A stretch of 64,000 bases of DNA from the human T2T-CHM13v2.0 reference genome, Homo sapiens: assembly GCA_009914755.4 (NCBI GenBank), contig CP068257.2, positions 7,232,001-7,296,000 of the forward strand, given 5' to 3'. Below are positions 1-13,349 of this stretch, piece by piece. Each line of letters starts with the position of its first letter. Within the stretch, counting starts at the first letter, position 1. Below the pieces are notes generated by a model. It worked only from the letters and a program-made list of their open reading frames with translations, searched no databases and was not told the DNA's origin. Made by a program: the position numbers and the translations under genes.

Positions 1-1654
1 TCAAACCGAATTAAATGGAGTGGAATGGAATGGAACGGAATCAACCCGAGTGGAATGGAATTGAATGGAATGGAATGGAATGGAATGGAATGGAATGGAC
101 AAGAATTGAATGGAATGGAAACACCCCGAGTGGAATGGAACGCAATGGAATGGAATGGAATGGAAAGTAATGGAATTCAACGGAATGGAACTAACTCGAG
201 TGGAATGGAATGGAATGGAATGGAATGGAATGGAATGGAAACAAACTCAACGGAATGCAATCAAACAGAATGGAATGGAATGGAATGGAATGGAATGGGA
301 TGGAATGGAATAGAATGGAATGGAATCAACCCGAATGAAATGAAATGGAATGGAATGGAATGGAATCAACCTGAGTGGAATGGAATGGAATGGAATGGAA
401 AGGAATGGAATGTAATCAACCAGACTGGAATGGAAAGGAATGTAAAGGAATGAATGGAATTGAATGGAATGGAATGGTATGAACACAACCCGAGTGGAAT
501 AGAATGGAATGGAATGGAATGAAATAGAATGGAATGGAACGGAATCAACCCGAGAGGAATGGAATGGAATGAAATGGAAACAACCAGACTGGAATGGAAC
601 GGAACGGAATGCAATGGAATAGAACGGAATGGAATGGAACGGAACGAAATGGAATGGAATGGAATGGAATCAACCCGACTAGAATGGAATGGAACGGAAT
701 GAAATGAAGTGGAATGGAATGTAACGGAACGGAATTGAAATGAATGGAATGGAATGAAACCGAATGGAATGGACTGGAATGGATTGGAAGGGAATGCAAT
801 GCAATGGAATCAACCCGAATGGAATGCAGTGGAAAGGAATGGAGTGGAATTTTATGGAATGGAATGGAATGGAATGGAATGGAATGGAATGGAATGGAAT
901 GGAATGGAATGGAATAAACCCGAGCGGAATGGAATTGAATGGAAGGCAATGGAATGGAATGGAATGGAATGGAATGGAATGCATTGGAATCAACTGGAAT
1001 GGAATGGAATGGAATGGAATGGAATGGAATTGAATCAATCCGGGTTTAATGGAATGGAATGGAATGGAGTCAAATGTAACGCAATGGAGTGGAATTGAAT
1101 GGAATGGAATCAACCCGAATGGAATGGATTAGATTGGAATGCAATGGAATCAACCTGAGTGGAAAAGAATGGAATTGAATAGAATGGAATGGAATGGAAT
1201 GGAATCAAGCGGAATGGAAAGGAAAGGAATGGAATGGAATGGAATGGAATGGAATGGAATGGAATGGAATGGAATGGAATGGAGTGAAATGGAATGGAAT
1301 CAACACGATTGGAATGGAATGGAATGGAATGGAAGGGAATTGAATGGAATGGAATCAAACCGAGTGGAATGGAATGGAATGGAATGGAAAGGAATTGAAA
1401 GGAATGGAAAGGAAAGGAATATACTGGTGTGGAATCAACAGTAGAGGAATGGAATGGAACGGAATGCAATGGAATGGAACAGAATGGAATGGAAAGGAAT
1501 GGAATGGAATCAACCCGAATTAAATGGAGTGGAATGGAATGGAATGGAATCAACCCGAGTGGAATGGAATTGATTGGAATGGAATGGAATGGAATGGAAT
1601 GGAATGGAATGGAATGAAATGGGATGGAATGGAATGGGATGGAATGGAATGGAA
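1..1654. repeat. Copy 1 of a 1644-bp near-identical tandem duplication (truncated by window start)
   Basis: Bases 1-75 (tcaaaccgaattaaatggagtggaatggaatggaacggaatcaacccgagtgg...) recur at 1655 and again at 3299. ORFs 25..453, 110..313, 247..486 and 366..614 are amino-acid-identical to ORFs at +1644 (1669..2097, 1754..1957, 1891..2130, 2010..2258). Confidence 0.9.
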
Positions 1655-3298
1655 TCAAACCGAATTAAATGGAGTGGAATGGAATGGAACGGAATCAACC
1701 CGAGTGGAATGGAATTGAATGGAATGGAATGGAATGGAATGGACAAGAATTGAATGGAATGGAAACACCCCGAGTGGAATGGAACGCAATGGAATGGAAT
1801 GGAATGGAAAGTAATGGAATTCAACGGAATGGAACTAACTCGAGTGGAATGGAATGGAATGGAATGGAATGGAATGGAATGGAAACAAACTCAACGGAAT
1901 GCAATCAAACAGAATGGAATGGAATGGAATGGAATGGAATGGGATGGAATGGAATAGAATGGAATGGAATCAACCCGAATGAAATGAAATGGAATGGAAT
2001 GGAATGGAATCAACCTGAGTGGAATGGAATGGAATGGAATGGAAAGGAATGGAATGTAATCAACCAGACTGGAATGGAAAGGAATGTAAAGGAATGAATG
2101 GAATTGAATGGAATGGAATGGTATGAACACAACCCGAGTGGAATAGAATGGAATGGAATGGAATGAAATAGAATGGAATGGAACGGAATCAACCCGAGAG
2201 GAATGGAATGGAATGAAATGGAAACAACCAGACTGGAATGGAACGGAACGGAATGCAATGGAATAGAACGGAATGGAATGGAACGGAACGAAATGGAATG
2301 GAATGGAATGGAATCAACCCGACTAGAATGGAATGGAACGGAATGAAATGAAGTGGAATGGAATGTAACGGAACGGAATTGAAATGAATGGAATGGAATG
2401 AAACCGAATGGAATGGATTGGAATGGATTGGAAGGGAATGCAATGCAATGGAATCAACCCGAATGGAATGCAGTGGAAAGGAATGGAGTGGAATTTTATG
2501 GAATGGAATGGAATGGAATGGAATGGAATGGAATGGAATGGAATAAACCCGAGCGGAATGGAATTGAATGGAAGGCAATGGAATGGAATGGAATGGAATG
2601 GAATGCATTGGAATCAACTGGAATGGAATGGAATGGAATGGAATGGAATGGAATGGAATTGAATCAATCCGGGTTTAATGGAATGGAATGGAATGGAGTC
2701 AAATGTAACGCAACGGAGTGGAATTGAATGGAATGGAATCAACCCGAATGGAATGGATTAGATTGGAATGCAATGGAATCAACCTGAGTGGAAAAGAATG
2801 GAATTGAATAGAATGGAATGGAATGGAATGGAATCAAGCGGAATGGAAAGGAAAGGAATGGAATGGAATGGAATGGAATGGAATGGAATGGAATGGAGTG
2901 AAATGGAATGGAATCAACACGATTGGAATGGAATGGAATGGAATGGAAGGGAATTGAATGGAATGGAATCAAACCGAGTGGAATGGAATGGAAAGGAATT
3001 GAAAGGAATGGAAAGGAAAGGAATATACTGGTGTGGAATCAACAGTAGAGGAATGGAATGGAACGGAATGCAATGGAATGGAACAGAATGGAATGGAAAG
3101 GAATGGAATGGAATCAACCCGAATTAAATGGAGTGGAATGGAATGGAATGGAATCAACCCGAATTAAATGGAGTGGAATGGAATGGAATGGAATCAACCC
3201 GAGTGGAATGGAATTGATTGGAATGGAATGGAATGGAATGGAATGGAATGGAATGGAATGGAATGGGATGGAATGGAATGGGATGGAATGGAATGGAA
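1655..3298. repeat. Copy 2 of the 1644-bp tandem duplication. A third unit begins at 3299 but keeps only about 75 bp of similarity
   Basis: Same landmarks at offset 1644. Copy 2 differs from copy 1 by a 15-bp (3-pentamer) deletion in the GGAAT run after tttat (12 units at 856-915 versus 9 at 2500-2545), a second pentamer-multiple indel near 2880, and an extra 40-bp duplication at 3121-3200. Confidence 0.88.
3121..3200. repeat. Exact 40-bp tandem duplication (gaattaaatggagtggaatggaatggaatggaatcaaccc x2) private to copy 2 of the 1644-bp unit
   Basis: 3121-3160 equals 3161-3200 base for base. The homologous site in copy 1 (about 1517-1556) has a single copy. Confidence 0.9.
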
Positions 3299-4842
3299 TC
3301 AAACCGAATTAAATGGAGTGGAATGGAATGGAACGGAATCAACCCGAGTGGAATGGAATTGAATGGAATGGAATGGAATGGAATGGAATGGAATGGAATG
3401 GAATGGAATGGAATGGAATGGAATGGAATCAACCCGAGAGGAATGGAATGGATTGGAATGGAACAGAATGGAATGGAATGGAATGGAATGGAAATAACTC
3501 AACCCGAGTGTAATGGAATGGAGTGCAATGGAATGGAATGGAACGGTATGGAATGGAATTGAATGGAATGGAATCAACTAGAGGGTAAAGGAATGCAATG
3601 GAATGGATAGGAATGAAATGCAATGGAATGCAGTGGTATGGAATGGAGTCAAACCGAGAGGAAAGTAATGGAATGAAATTGAATGGAATGGAATGGAATG
3701 CAATGGAATGGAATTGAATGGAATAAACCCCAGAGGAACGGAATTGAATGGAATGGAATGGAATGGATAGTAATGGAATGGAATGAATTGGAATGGAATG
3801 GAATGGAATGAAATCAAACAGAGTGGAATGGAACTGAAAGAAATGGAATGGAATGGAATTTATTGGAATGGATTCAACTGGAATGGAATGAATTGGAATG
3901 GAATGGAATGGAATGGAATGGAATGCAATGGAATGGAATGGAAACAACCCGACTGGAATGGAATGCAATGGAATGCTATGGAATGGAATGGAATGGAATT
4001 CAATGTAATGGAAACAAACCGAGTGGAATGAAATGGAACGGAAAGGACTGACATGTAATGGAATGGATTGGAATCAACAGGATTCCAATGCAACGGAATG
4101 GAATGGAATGGAATGGAATGGAATGGAATGGAATGGAATGCAATGGAATGGAATGGAAGGGAATGGAATGGAATACAAAGGAATGGAATGTACAGGAATG
4201 GAATGGAATAGAATGGAATATAATTGAAAGGAATGGAATGGAATGGAATGGAATGAACCCGAGTGGAGTGGAATGGAATGGAATGGAAATGAATGGAATG
4301 CAATGGAATTAAATGGAAAGGAACGGAATGGAATCAACACGAGTGGAATGGAATGGAATGGAATGGAATGGAATCAACCCGAGTGGAATGGAATGGAATG
4401 GAGTTTAATGGAATGAAATAGAATAGATTGGTATTTAATCAACCTGAGAGGAATGGTATGGAATGGAATGGAATGGAATAAAATGGAATGGAATGGAATG
4501 GAATCAACCCGAGTGGAAGGGAATGGAATGGAATGGAATCAACCGGATTGGAATGGAATGGAATGGAATGGAGTGGAATGGAATGGAATGCAATGAAATG
4601 GAAAGGAATGCTATGGAATCAACCCGAGTGAAATGGAAATGAATGGAATGGAATGGAATGGAATGGAATGGAATCGAATGGAGTCAAGCCAAGTGCAATG
4701 GAATGGAATAGAATGCCACGGAATCAGCGCGAGTGGAATGGAATAGAAAGGCATGCAATGGAATGGGTTGGAAAGCAATGGAATGGAATCAACCCGACTG
4801 GAATGGAATGGAATGGAAAGGAATGAAGGGAATGGAATGGAA

Positions 4843-4962
4843 TGGAAAGGTATGGAATCAACCCGAGTGGAATGGAATGGAAAGAAATGAAATGGAATGG
4901 AATGGAAAGGTATGGAATCAACCCGAGTGGAATGGAATGGAATGGAATGAAATGGAATGGAA
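4843..4962. repeat. 60-bp local tandem duplication (ggaaaggtatggaatcaacccgagtggaatggaatgg...aatgaaatggaatggaat x2)
   Basis: Two adjacent 60-bp units differ by only a few bases. This yields the repeated peptide NGKVWNQPEWNGME in ORF 4733..5122. Confidence 0.8.
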
Positions 4963-7900
4963 TGGAGTGGAATGGAAGGTAAGGCAATGGAATGGAATGG
5001 AATGGAATGGAACGGAACGGAATGGAATTGAATGGCATGGAATGAACCTGAACGGAATGGATTGGAATGGAATGGAATGGAATGGAATGGAATCGAATCA
5101 GCTCGAGTGGAATGAAATGTAATGGAATGCAGTGGAATGGAATGGAATTGAATGGAATGGAATGGAATGCAATGGAATGGAATGGAATGGAATCAAACGG
5201 ATTGGAATGGAATGGAATGGAATGGAATGGAATGGAATGGAATGGCATGGAATCAAACCGAGTGAAATGGAATGGAATGGTATGGAATCAACCCGAGTGG
5301 AATATTATCGAATGGAATGGAATTGAACGGAATGCATTGGAATAAAATGGAATGAAATGGAATGGAATCAACCAGAGTGGAATGGAATGGAATGGAGTGG
5401 AATGGAATATAATGGAATGGAACAGAATTAAATGGAAAGGAACGGAATGGAATCAACACGAGTGGAATGGAATGGGATGGAATGGAATGGAATCAACCCG
5501 AGTTGAATGGAATGGAATGGAATGCAATGGAATGAAACGGAATATAATGGAATGGAATGGAAACATCCCAAGAGGAAAGGAATGGTATGGAATGCAATGG
5601 AACGGAATGGAACAGAACGGAATGGAATGGAATGGAATAGATTGAATCAGAGAAGAATTGAGTGGAGAGGAATGGATTGGAATGGAATGTAATGCATTCA
5701 CCCCTAGTTGAATGTAATGGATTGGAAAGGAATGGAATGGAATGGAATGGCGTGGAATGGAATAGAATCAACTCGAGTGGAATGGAATGTAATGGAATGG
5801 AGTGGAATCGAATGGAATGGAATGGAGTCAACCCGAGTGGAATATTATCGAATGGAATGGAATGGAACGGAATGGAATAAAGGAATGGAATAAAATATAA
5901 TGGAATGGAATGGAATCAACCGGAGTGGAATGGAATGGAATGGAGTGGAATGGAATAAAATGGAATGGAATGGAACTAAATGGAAAGGATCAGAATGGAA
6001 TCAACACGAGTGGAATGGAATGGAATGGAATGGAATGGAATGGAATGGAATCAACCCGAGTGGAATGGAATGGAATGGAATGCAATGGAATGAAACAGAA
6101 TAAAGTGGAATGGAATGGAAACATCCCGAGTGGAATGGAATGGTATGGAATGCAATGGAACGGAATGGAACAGAACAGAATGGAATGGAATGGAATAGAT
6201 TGAATCAGAGAGGAATTGAAGGGAGAGGAATGGATTGGAATGGAATGGAATGGATTCAACCCTAGTTGAATGTCACGGATTGGAAAGGAATGGAATAGAA
6301 TGGAATGGAATGGAGTGGAATGGAATGGAGTGGAATCAACAAGAGTGGAATGGAACGGAATGGAATGGAATGGAATGGAATGGAATGGAATGGAATGGAA
6401 ACAACACGAATAGAATATAACGGAATGGAATATAATGCTGTGGAATGGAATGGAATGGAATGAAATAAACACGAATAGAATGGAACGGAATGGAATGGAA
6501 AGGAATGGAATGGAATGGAATGGAATAGAATGGAGTGAAATGGAAAGGAACGGACTGGAATTAATCCGAGTGGAATTGAATGGAATGTAATGCAATGGAA
6601 TGGAGCGGAATCAACCTGAGTGGAATGGAATGGAATGGAATGGAATGGAATGGAATGGAGTGGAATGGAATTGAATGGAATGCAATGGAATGGAATGGAA
6701 TGGGATCAACCCGAATGGAAGGGAACGGAATGGAATGGAAAGGAATGGAATGGAATGGAATGGAATAGAATGGAATTGAATAGATTGAATCAGAGAGGAA
6801 TTGAATGGAGAGGAATGGATTGGAATGGAATGCAATGGATTCAAATCTAGTTGAATGGAATGGAATGGAATGGAATGGAATGGAGTGGAATGGAATGGAG
6901 TGGAATCAACTGGAATGGAATGGAATGGAATGGAATGGAATGGAAACAACACGAATAGAATGGAACGGAATGGAATGGAATGCTGTGGAATGGAAAGGAG
7001 TGGAATGAAATAAACACGAACAGAGTGGAACGGAATGGAATGGAATGGAATGGAATGAAATGGAATGGAATGGAATGGAATGGAGTGAAATGGAAATGAA
7101 CGGAAAGGAACTAAACCGAGTGGAACTGAATGGAATGGAAAGGAATCAACCCGAGTGGAATGAAATGGAATGTAATGCAACGGAATGGAGCGGAATCAAC
7201 CTGAGTGGAATGTCATGGAATGGAATGGAATGGAATGGAATGAAATGAAATGGAATGGAACGGAATGGAAATAACCCGAGTGGAATGGAATGGAATGGAA
7301 AGGAATCAACCCGAGTGGAATGAAATGGAATGTAATGCAATGGAAAAGAGCGGAATCAACCCGAGTCGAATGAAATGGAATGGAATGGAAAGGAGTGGAA
7401 TGGAATGGAATGCAATGGAATTGAATGGAATGGGATGCAATGGAATGGAATGGAATCCAATGGAATCAACTGGAATGGAATAGCATAGAATGGAATGGAA
7501 TGGAATGGAATCAATCCGGGTGGAATGGAATGGAATGTATTGAGTGGAATGGAATGGAATGGAATGCAGTGGAATTTAATGGAATGGAATCAACCCGAAT
7601 GGAATGGAACGGAATGGAATGGAAAGGAATGGAATGGAATGGAATGGAATGGAATGGAATCAACCCGAATGGTATGGAATAGAATGGAATGGATTGGAAT
7701 GGAATGCAATGGAATGCTATGGAATCAATCCGAGTGTAAGGGAAATGCATGGAATGGAATGGAATGGACTGGAATTAACCCAATTGCAATGGAATGGAAT
7801 GGAATGCAACGGAATCAACCCAAGTGGAATGGAATGGAAAGGAATGGAATGAAATGGAATGGAAAGGAATAGAATGGAATCAACCTGAATGGAATGAATT

Positions 7901-10900
7901 GGAATGGAAAGGAATGAATGTAATGTAATGGAATGGAATGGAATGGAATGGAATGGAATGGGATGGAATCAACCCGAGTGGAATGGAATGGACAGGAATG
8001 GAATAGAATTGAATGGAATGGAATGGAATGGAATGGAATGGAATGGAATGGAATGCAATGGAATGGAATGGAATGGAACGGAATGGAATGGAATGGAACG
8101 GAATGGAAACGAATGAACCCGAGTGGAGTGAAATGGAATGTAATGCAATGGAATGGAGCGGAATCAACCTGATTGGAATTGAATGGAATGGAATGGAATG
8201 GAATGCAATGGAATGGAATTAAATCAACCCGAATGGAATGGAACGCAATGGAAAGGAAAGGAATGGAAAAGAATGGAATGGAAAGGAATGGAAAGGAATG
8301 GAATGGAATGGAATGGAATGGAATGGAATGGAATCATCCCTAGTGGAATGGAATGGTATGGAATGCAATGGAATGGAATGGAGCAGAACGGAATGGAGTG
8401 GAATGGAATAGATTGAATCCGAGAGGAATTGACTTGAGTGGAATGGATTGGAATGGAATGCAAGGGATTCAACCCATTTGAATGTCATGGATTGGAAAGG
8501 AGTGGAATGGATTGGAATGGAAAGGAGTGGAATGTAATGGAATAGAATCAACACGAATGGAATGGAACAGAATGGAATGGAATGGAAACAACACGAATGG
8601 AATGGAACGGAACGGAATGGAATGGAATGCTGTGGAATGGAAAGAATTGGAACGAAATAAACACGAATAGAATGGAACGGAATGGAATGGAAAGGAATGG
8701 AATGGAATGGAATGGAATGGAATGGAATGGAATGGAATGGAATGAAATGGAAAGGAACGGAATGGAATTAACCCGAGTGGAACGGAATGGAATGGAAAGG
8801 AATCAACCCGAGTGGAATGAAATGGAATGTAATGCAATGGAATGGAATGGAATGGAATGGTATGGAATCAACCCGAGTGGAATATTATCGAATGGAATGG
8901 AATGGAACGGAATGGAATGGAATAAAATGTAATGTAATGGAATGGAATCAACAGGAGTGCAATGGAATGGAATGGAGTGGAATGGAATATAATGGAATGG
9001 AATGGAATTAAATGGAAAGGAAAGGAATGGAAGCAACACGAGTGGAATGGAATCAACCCGAGTGGAATGGAATGGAATGCAATGCAATGGAATGAAACGG
9101 AATATAATGGAATAGAATGGAAACATCCTGAGTGGAATGGAATGGTACGGATTGCAATGGAACGGAATGGAAAAGAACGGAATGGAATGGAACGGAATAG
9201 ATTGAATCAGAGAGGAATTGATTGGAGAGGAATGGATTGGAATGGAATGCAATGGATTCAACGCTAGTTGAATATCATGGATTGGAAAGGAATGGAATGG
9301 AATGGAATGGAGTGGAGTGGAATGGAATAGAATCAACTCGATTGGAATGTAATGTAATGGAATGGAGTGGAATGGAATGGAATTGAATGGAATGGATGGA
9401 ATGGAATGGAATGGAATGGAATGGAATGGAATGGGGTGGAATGGAATGGAAAGCAATGAAATGGAAAGGAATGCTATGGAATCAACCCGAGTGTAATGGA
9501 AATGAATGGAATGGAATGGAATGGATTGGAATGGAATGGAATGGAATCAAGCCAAGTGCAATGGAATGGAATAGAATGCAACGGAATCAACACGAGTGGA
9601 ATGGAATAGAAAGGCATGCAATGGAATGGAATGGAAAGCAATGGAATGGAATCAACCCGACTGGAATGGAATGGAGTGGAAAGGAATGAATGGAATGGAA
9701 TGCAATGGAAAGGTATGGAATCAACCCGACTGGAATGGAATGGAATGGAATGGAATGGAATGGAATGGAATGGAGTGGAATGGAAGGCAATGCAATGGAA
9801 TGGAACGGAATGCAATGGAACGGAACGGAATGGAATTGAATGGCAGGGAATGAACCCGAATGGAATGGAATGGAATGGAATGGAATGGAATATAATCAAC
9901 TCGAGTGGAATGGAGTGTAATGGAATGGAGTGGAATGGAATGGAAATGAATGGAATGGAATGGAATGGAATGGAACGGAATGGAATGGAATGGAATCAAC
10001 ACGACAGGAAAGGAATGGAATGGAAAGGAATGGAATGGAATCAACCAGAGTGGAATGGAATGGAATGGAATGAAATGGAATTGAACGGAATACAATGGAA
10101 TTCAATGGAGTCACCCCGAGTGGAATGGCATGGTATGGAATGCAATGGAATGGAATGGAACAGAACGGAATGGAATGGAATCAATAGATTGAATCCGAGT
10201 GGAATTGAATGGAATGGAATGGATTCGAATTTAATGGAATGGATTGGAATGTAAAGCAATTATTTCAAACCGATTGGAATGTCATGGATTGGAATGGAGT
10301 GCAATGGAATGGAATGGAATGGAAAGGAATGGAGTGAAATGGAGTAAACACCAGTGGAATGAAATGGAATGGAATGAAATACAATGGAATGGAATGGAAT
10401 GGAATGAACCCGAATGGAATGGAATGGAATGAAATCAACCAGAGTGGAATGGAATGGTATGGAATGGAATCGAATGGAATGGAAAGGAATGGAATCAACT
10501 CTAATGGAAAAAAATGGAATGGAATGGAATGGAAACAACACGAATGGAATGGAACGGAACGGAATGGAATGGAATGCTGTGGAATGGAAAAAATTGGAAC
10601 GAAATAAACACGAATAGAATGGAACAGAATGGAATGGAAAGGAATGGAATGGAATGGAATGGAATGGAATGGAATGGAATCGAATGAAATGGAAAGGAAC
10701 GGAATGGAATTAACCCAAGTGGAATGGAATGGAAAGGAATCAACCCGAGTGGAATGAAATGGAATGTAATGCAATGGAATGGAGCGGAATCAACCTGAGT
10801 CGAATGCAATGGAATGGAATGGAAAGGAGTGGAATGGAATGGAATGGAATGGAATGGAATGGGATGCAATGGAACGGAATAGAATCCAATGGAATCAACT

Positions 10901-13349
10901 CGAATGGAGTAGCATAGAATGGAATGGAATGGAATGGAATCAATCCGGGTGGAATGGAATGGAATGTATGGAGTGGACTGGAATGGAATGGAGTGGAATG
11001 GAATGGAATGGAATGCAGTGGAATTTAATGGATTGGAATCAACCCGAATGGAATGGAACGGAGTGGAATGGAAAGGAAAGGAATGGAATGGAATGGAACG
11101 GAACGGAATGGAATGGAATGGAATGGAATGGAATGGAATGGAATGGAATGGAATGCAATGGAATGCTATGGAATCAATCCGAGTGTAAGGGAAATGCATG
11201 GAATGGAATGGAATGGAATGGAATTAACCCAAGTGCAATGGAATGGAATAGAATGCAACGGAATCAACCCAAGTGGAATGTAATGGAAAGGAATGGAATG
11301 AAATGGAATGGAAAGAATGGAATGGATTCAACCCGAATGGAATGAAATGGAATGGAAAGGAATGAATGGAATGGAATGGAATGGAAAGGAATCAACCCGA
11401 GTGGAATGAAATGGAATGTAATGCAATGTAATGGAGTGGAATCAACCTGATTGGAATGGAATGGAATGCAATGGAATGGAATGGAATGAAATCAACCCGA
11501 ATGGAATGGAACGGAATGGAAAGGAAAGGAATGGAATGGAATGGAATGGAAATGAATGGAATGGAATCATCCCGAGTGGAATGGAATGGTATAGAATGCA
11601 ATGGAATGGAATGGAACAGAACGGAATGGCGTGGAATGGAATAGATTGAATCCAAGAGGAATTGACTTGAGTGGAATGGATTGGAATGGAATGCAAGGGA
11701 TTCAACCCAGTTGAATGTCATGGATTGGAAAGGAGTGGAATGAATTGGAATGGAAAGGAGTGGAATGGAATGGAATGGAATCAACACGAATGGAATGGAA
11801 CGGAATGGAATTGAATGGAAACAACACGAATGGAATGGAAGGGAATGGAATGGAATGGAATGCTGTGGAATGGAAAAAATGGGAAAGAAAAAAACACGAA
11901 TTGAATGGAACAGAATGGAATGGAAAGGAATGGAATGGAATGGAATGGAATCGAATGAAATGGAAAGGAACGGAATGGAATTAACCCGAGTGGAACGGAA
12001 TGGAATCGAAAGGAATCAACCCGAGTGGATTGAAATGGAATGTAATGCAATGGAATGGAGCGGAATCAACCTGAGTCAAATGCAATGGAATGTAATGCAA
12101 TGGAATGGAGCGGAATCAACCTGAGTCAAATGCAATGGAATGTAATGGAAAGGAGTGGAATGGAAAGGAATGGAAAGGAATGGAATGAAATGGGATGCAA
12201 TGGAACAGAATGGAATCAAATGGAATCAACTGGAATGGAATAGCATAGAATGGAATGGAATGGAATGGAATCAATCCGGGTGGAATGGAATGGAATGTAA
12301 GGAGTGGAATAGAATGGAATGGAGTGGAATGGAATGGAATGTAATGCAGTGGAATTTAATGGAATGGAATCAACCCGAATGGAATGGAACGGAATTGAAT
12401 GGAATGGAATGGAATGGAATGGAATGGAATGTAATGGAATGCAATGAAATGGAATCAACCCGAATGGGATGGAATGGAATGGAATGCAATGGAATGGAAT
12501 GGAATGGAAAGGAATGCAATGGAATGCTATGGAATGAACCCGAGTGTAAGGGAAAAGCATGGAATGGAATGGAATGGAATGGAATCGAATCAACCCAAGT
12601 GCAATGGAATGGAATGGAATGCAACGGAATCAACCCGAGTGGAATGAAATGCAAAGGAATGGAATGAAATGGAATGGAAAGGAATGGAATGGAATCAACC
12701 CGAATGGAATGGAATAAAAAGGCATGCAATAGAATGGAATGGAAAGCAATGGAATAGAATCAACCCGACTGGAATGGAATGGAATAGAAAGGAATGAATG
12801 TAAAGGAATGGAATGGAAAGGTATGCAATCAACTCCAGTGGAATGGAATGGAATGGAATGGAATGGAATGGAGAAGAATGGAAGGCAAAGCAATGGAATG
12901 GAAAGGAATGGAATGGAATGGAATGGAATGGAATGGAATGGAATGGAATCAACTCGAGTGAAATGGAATGTAATGAAATGGAGTGGAACGGAATGGAATT
13001 GAATGGAAAGGAATGGAACGGAATGGAATGGAATGGAATCGAATGCAATGAACCCAAATGGAATGGAATGGAATGGAATGGAATGGAATGGAATGGAAAG
13101 GAATGGAATGGAATGGAAAAAACCCGACTGGAATGGAATGGAATGGAATGGAATGGAGTGGAATGGAAGGCAATGCAATGGAATGGAATGGAATGGAAAG
13201 GAATGGATCGGAATGGAATTAAATGGCATGGAATGGAATCAACCCGTATCGAATGGAATGGAATGGAATGGAATGGAATGGAATGGAATGGAATGGAATC
13301 AACCCGAATGGAATGGAATGGAATGGAAAGGAATGAATGGAATTGAATG

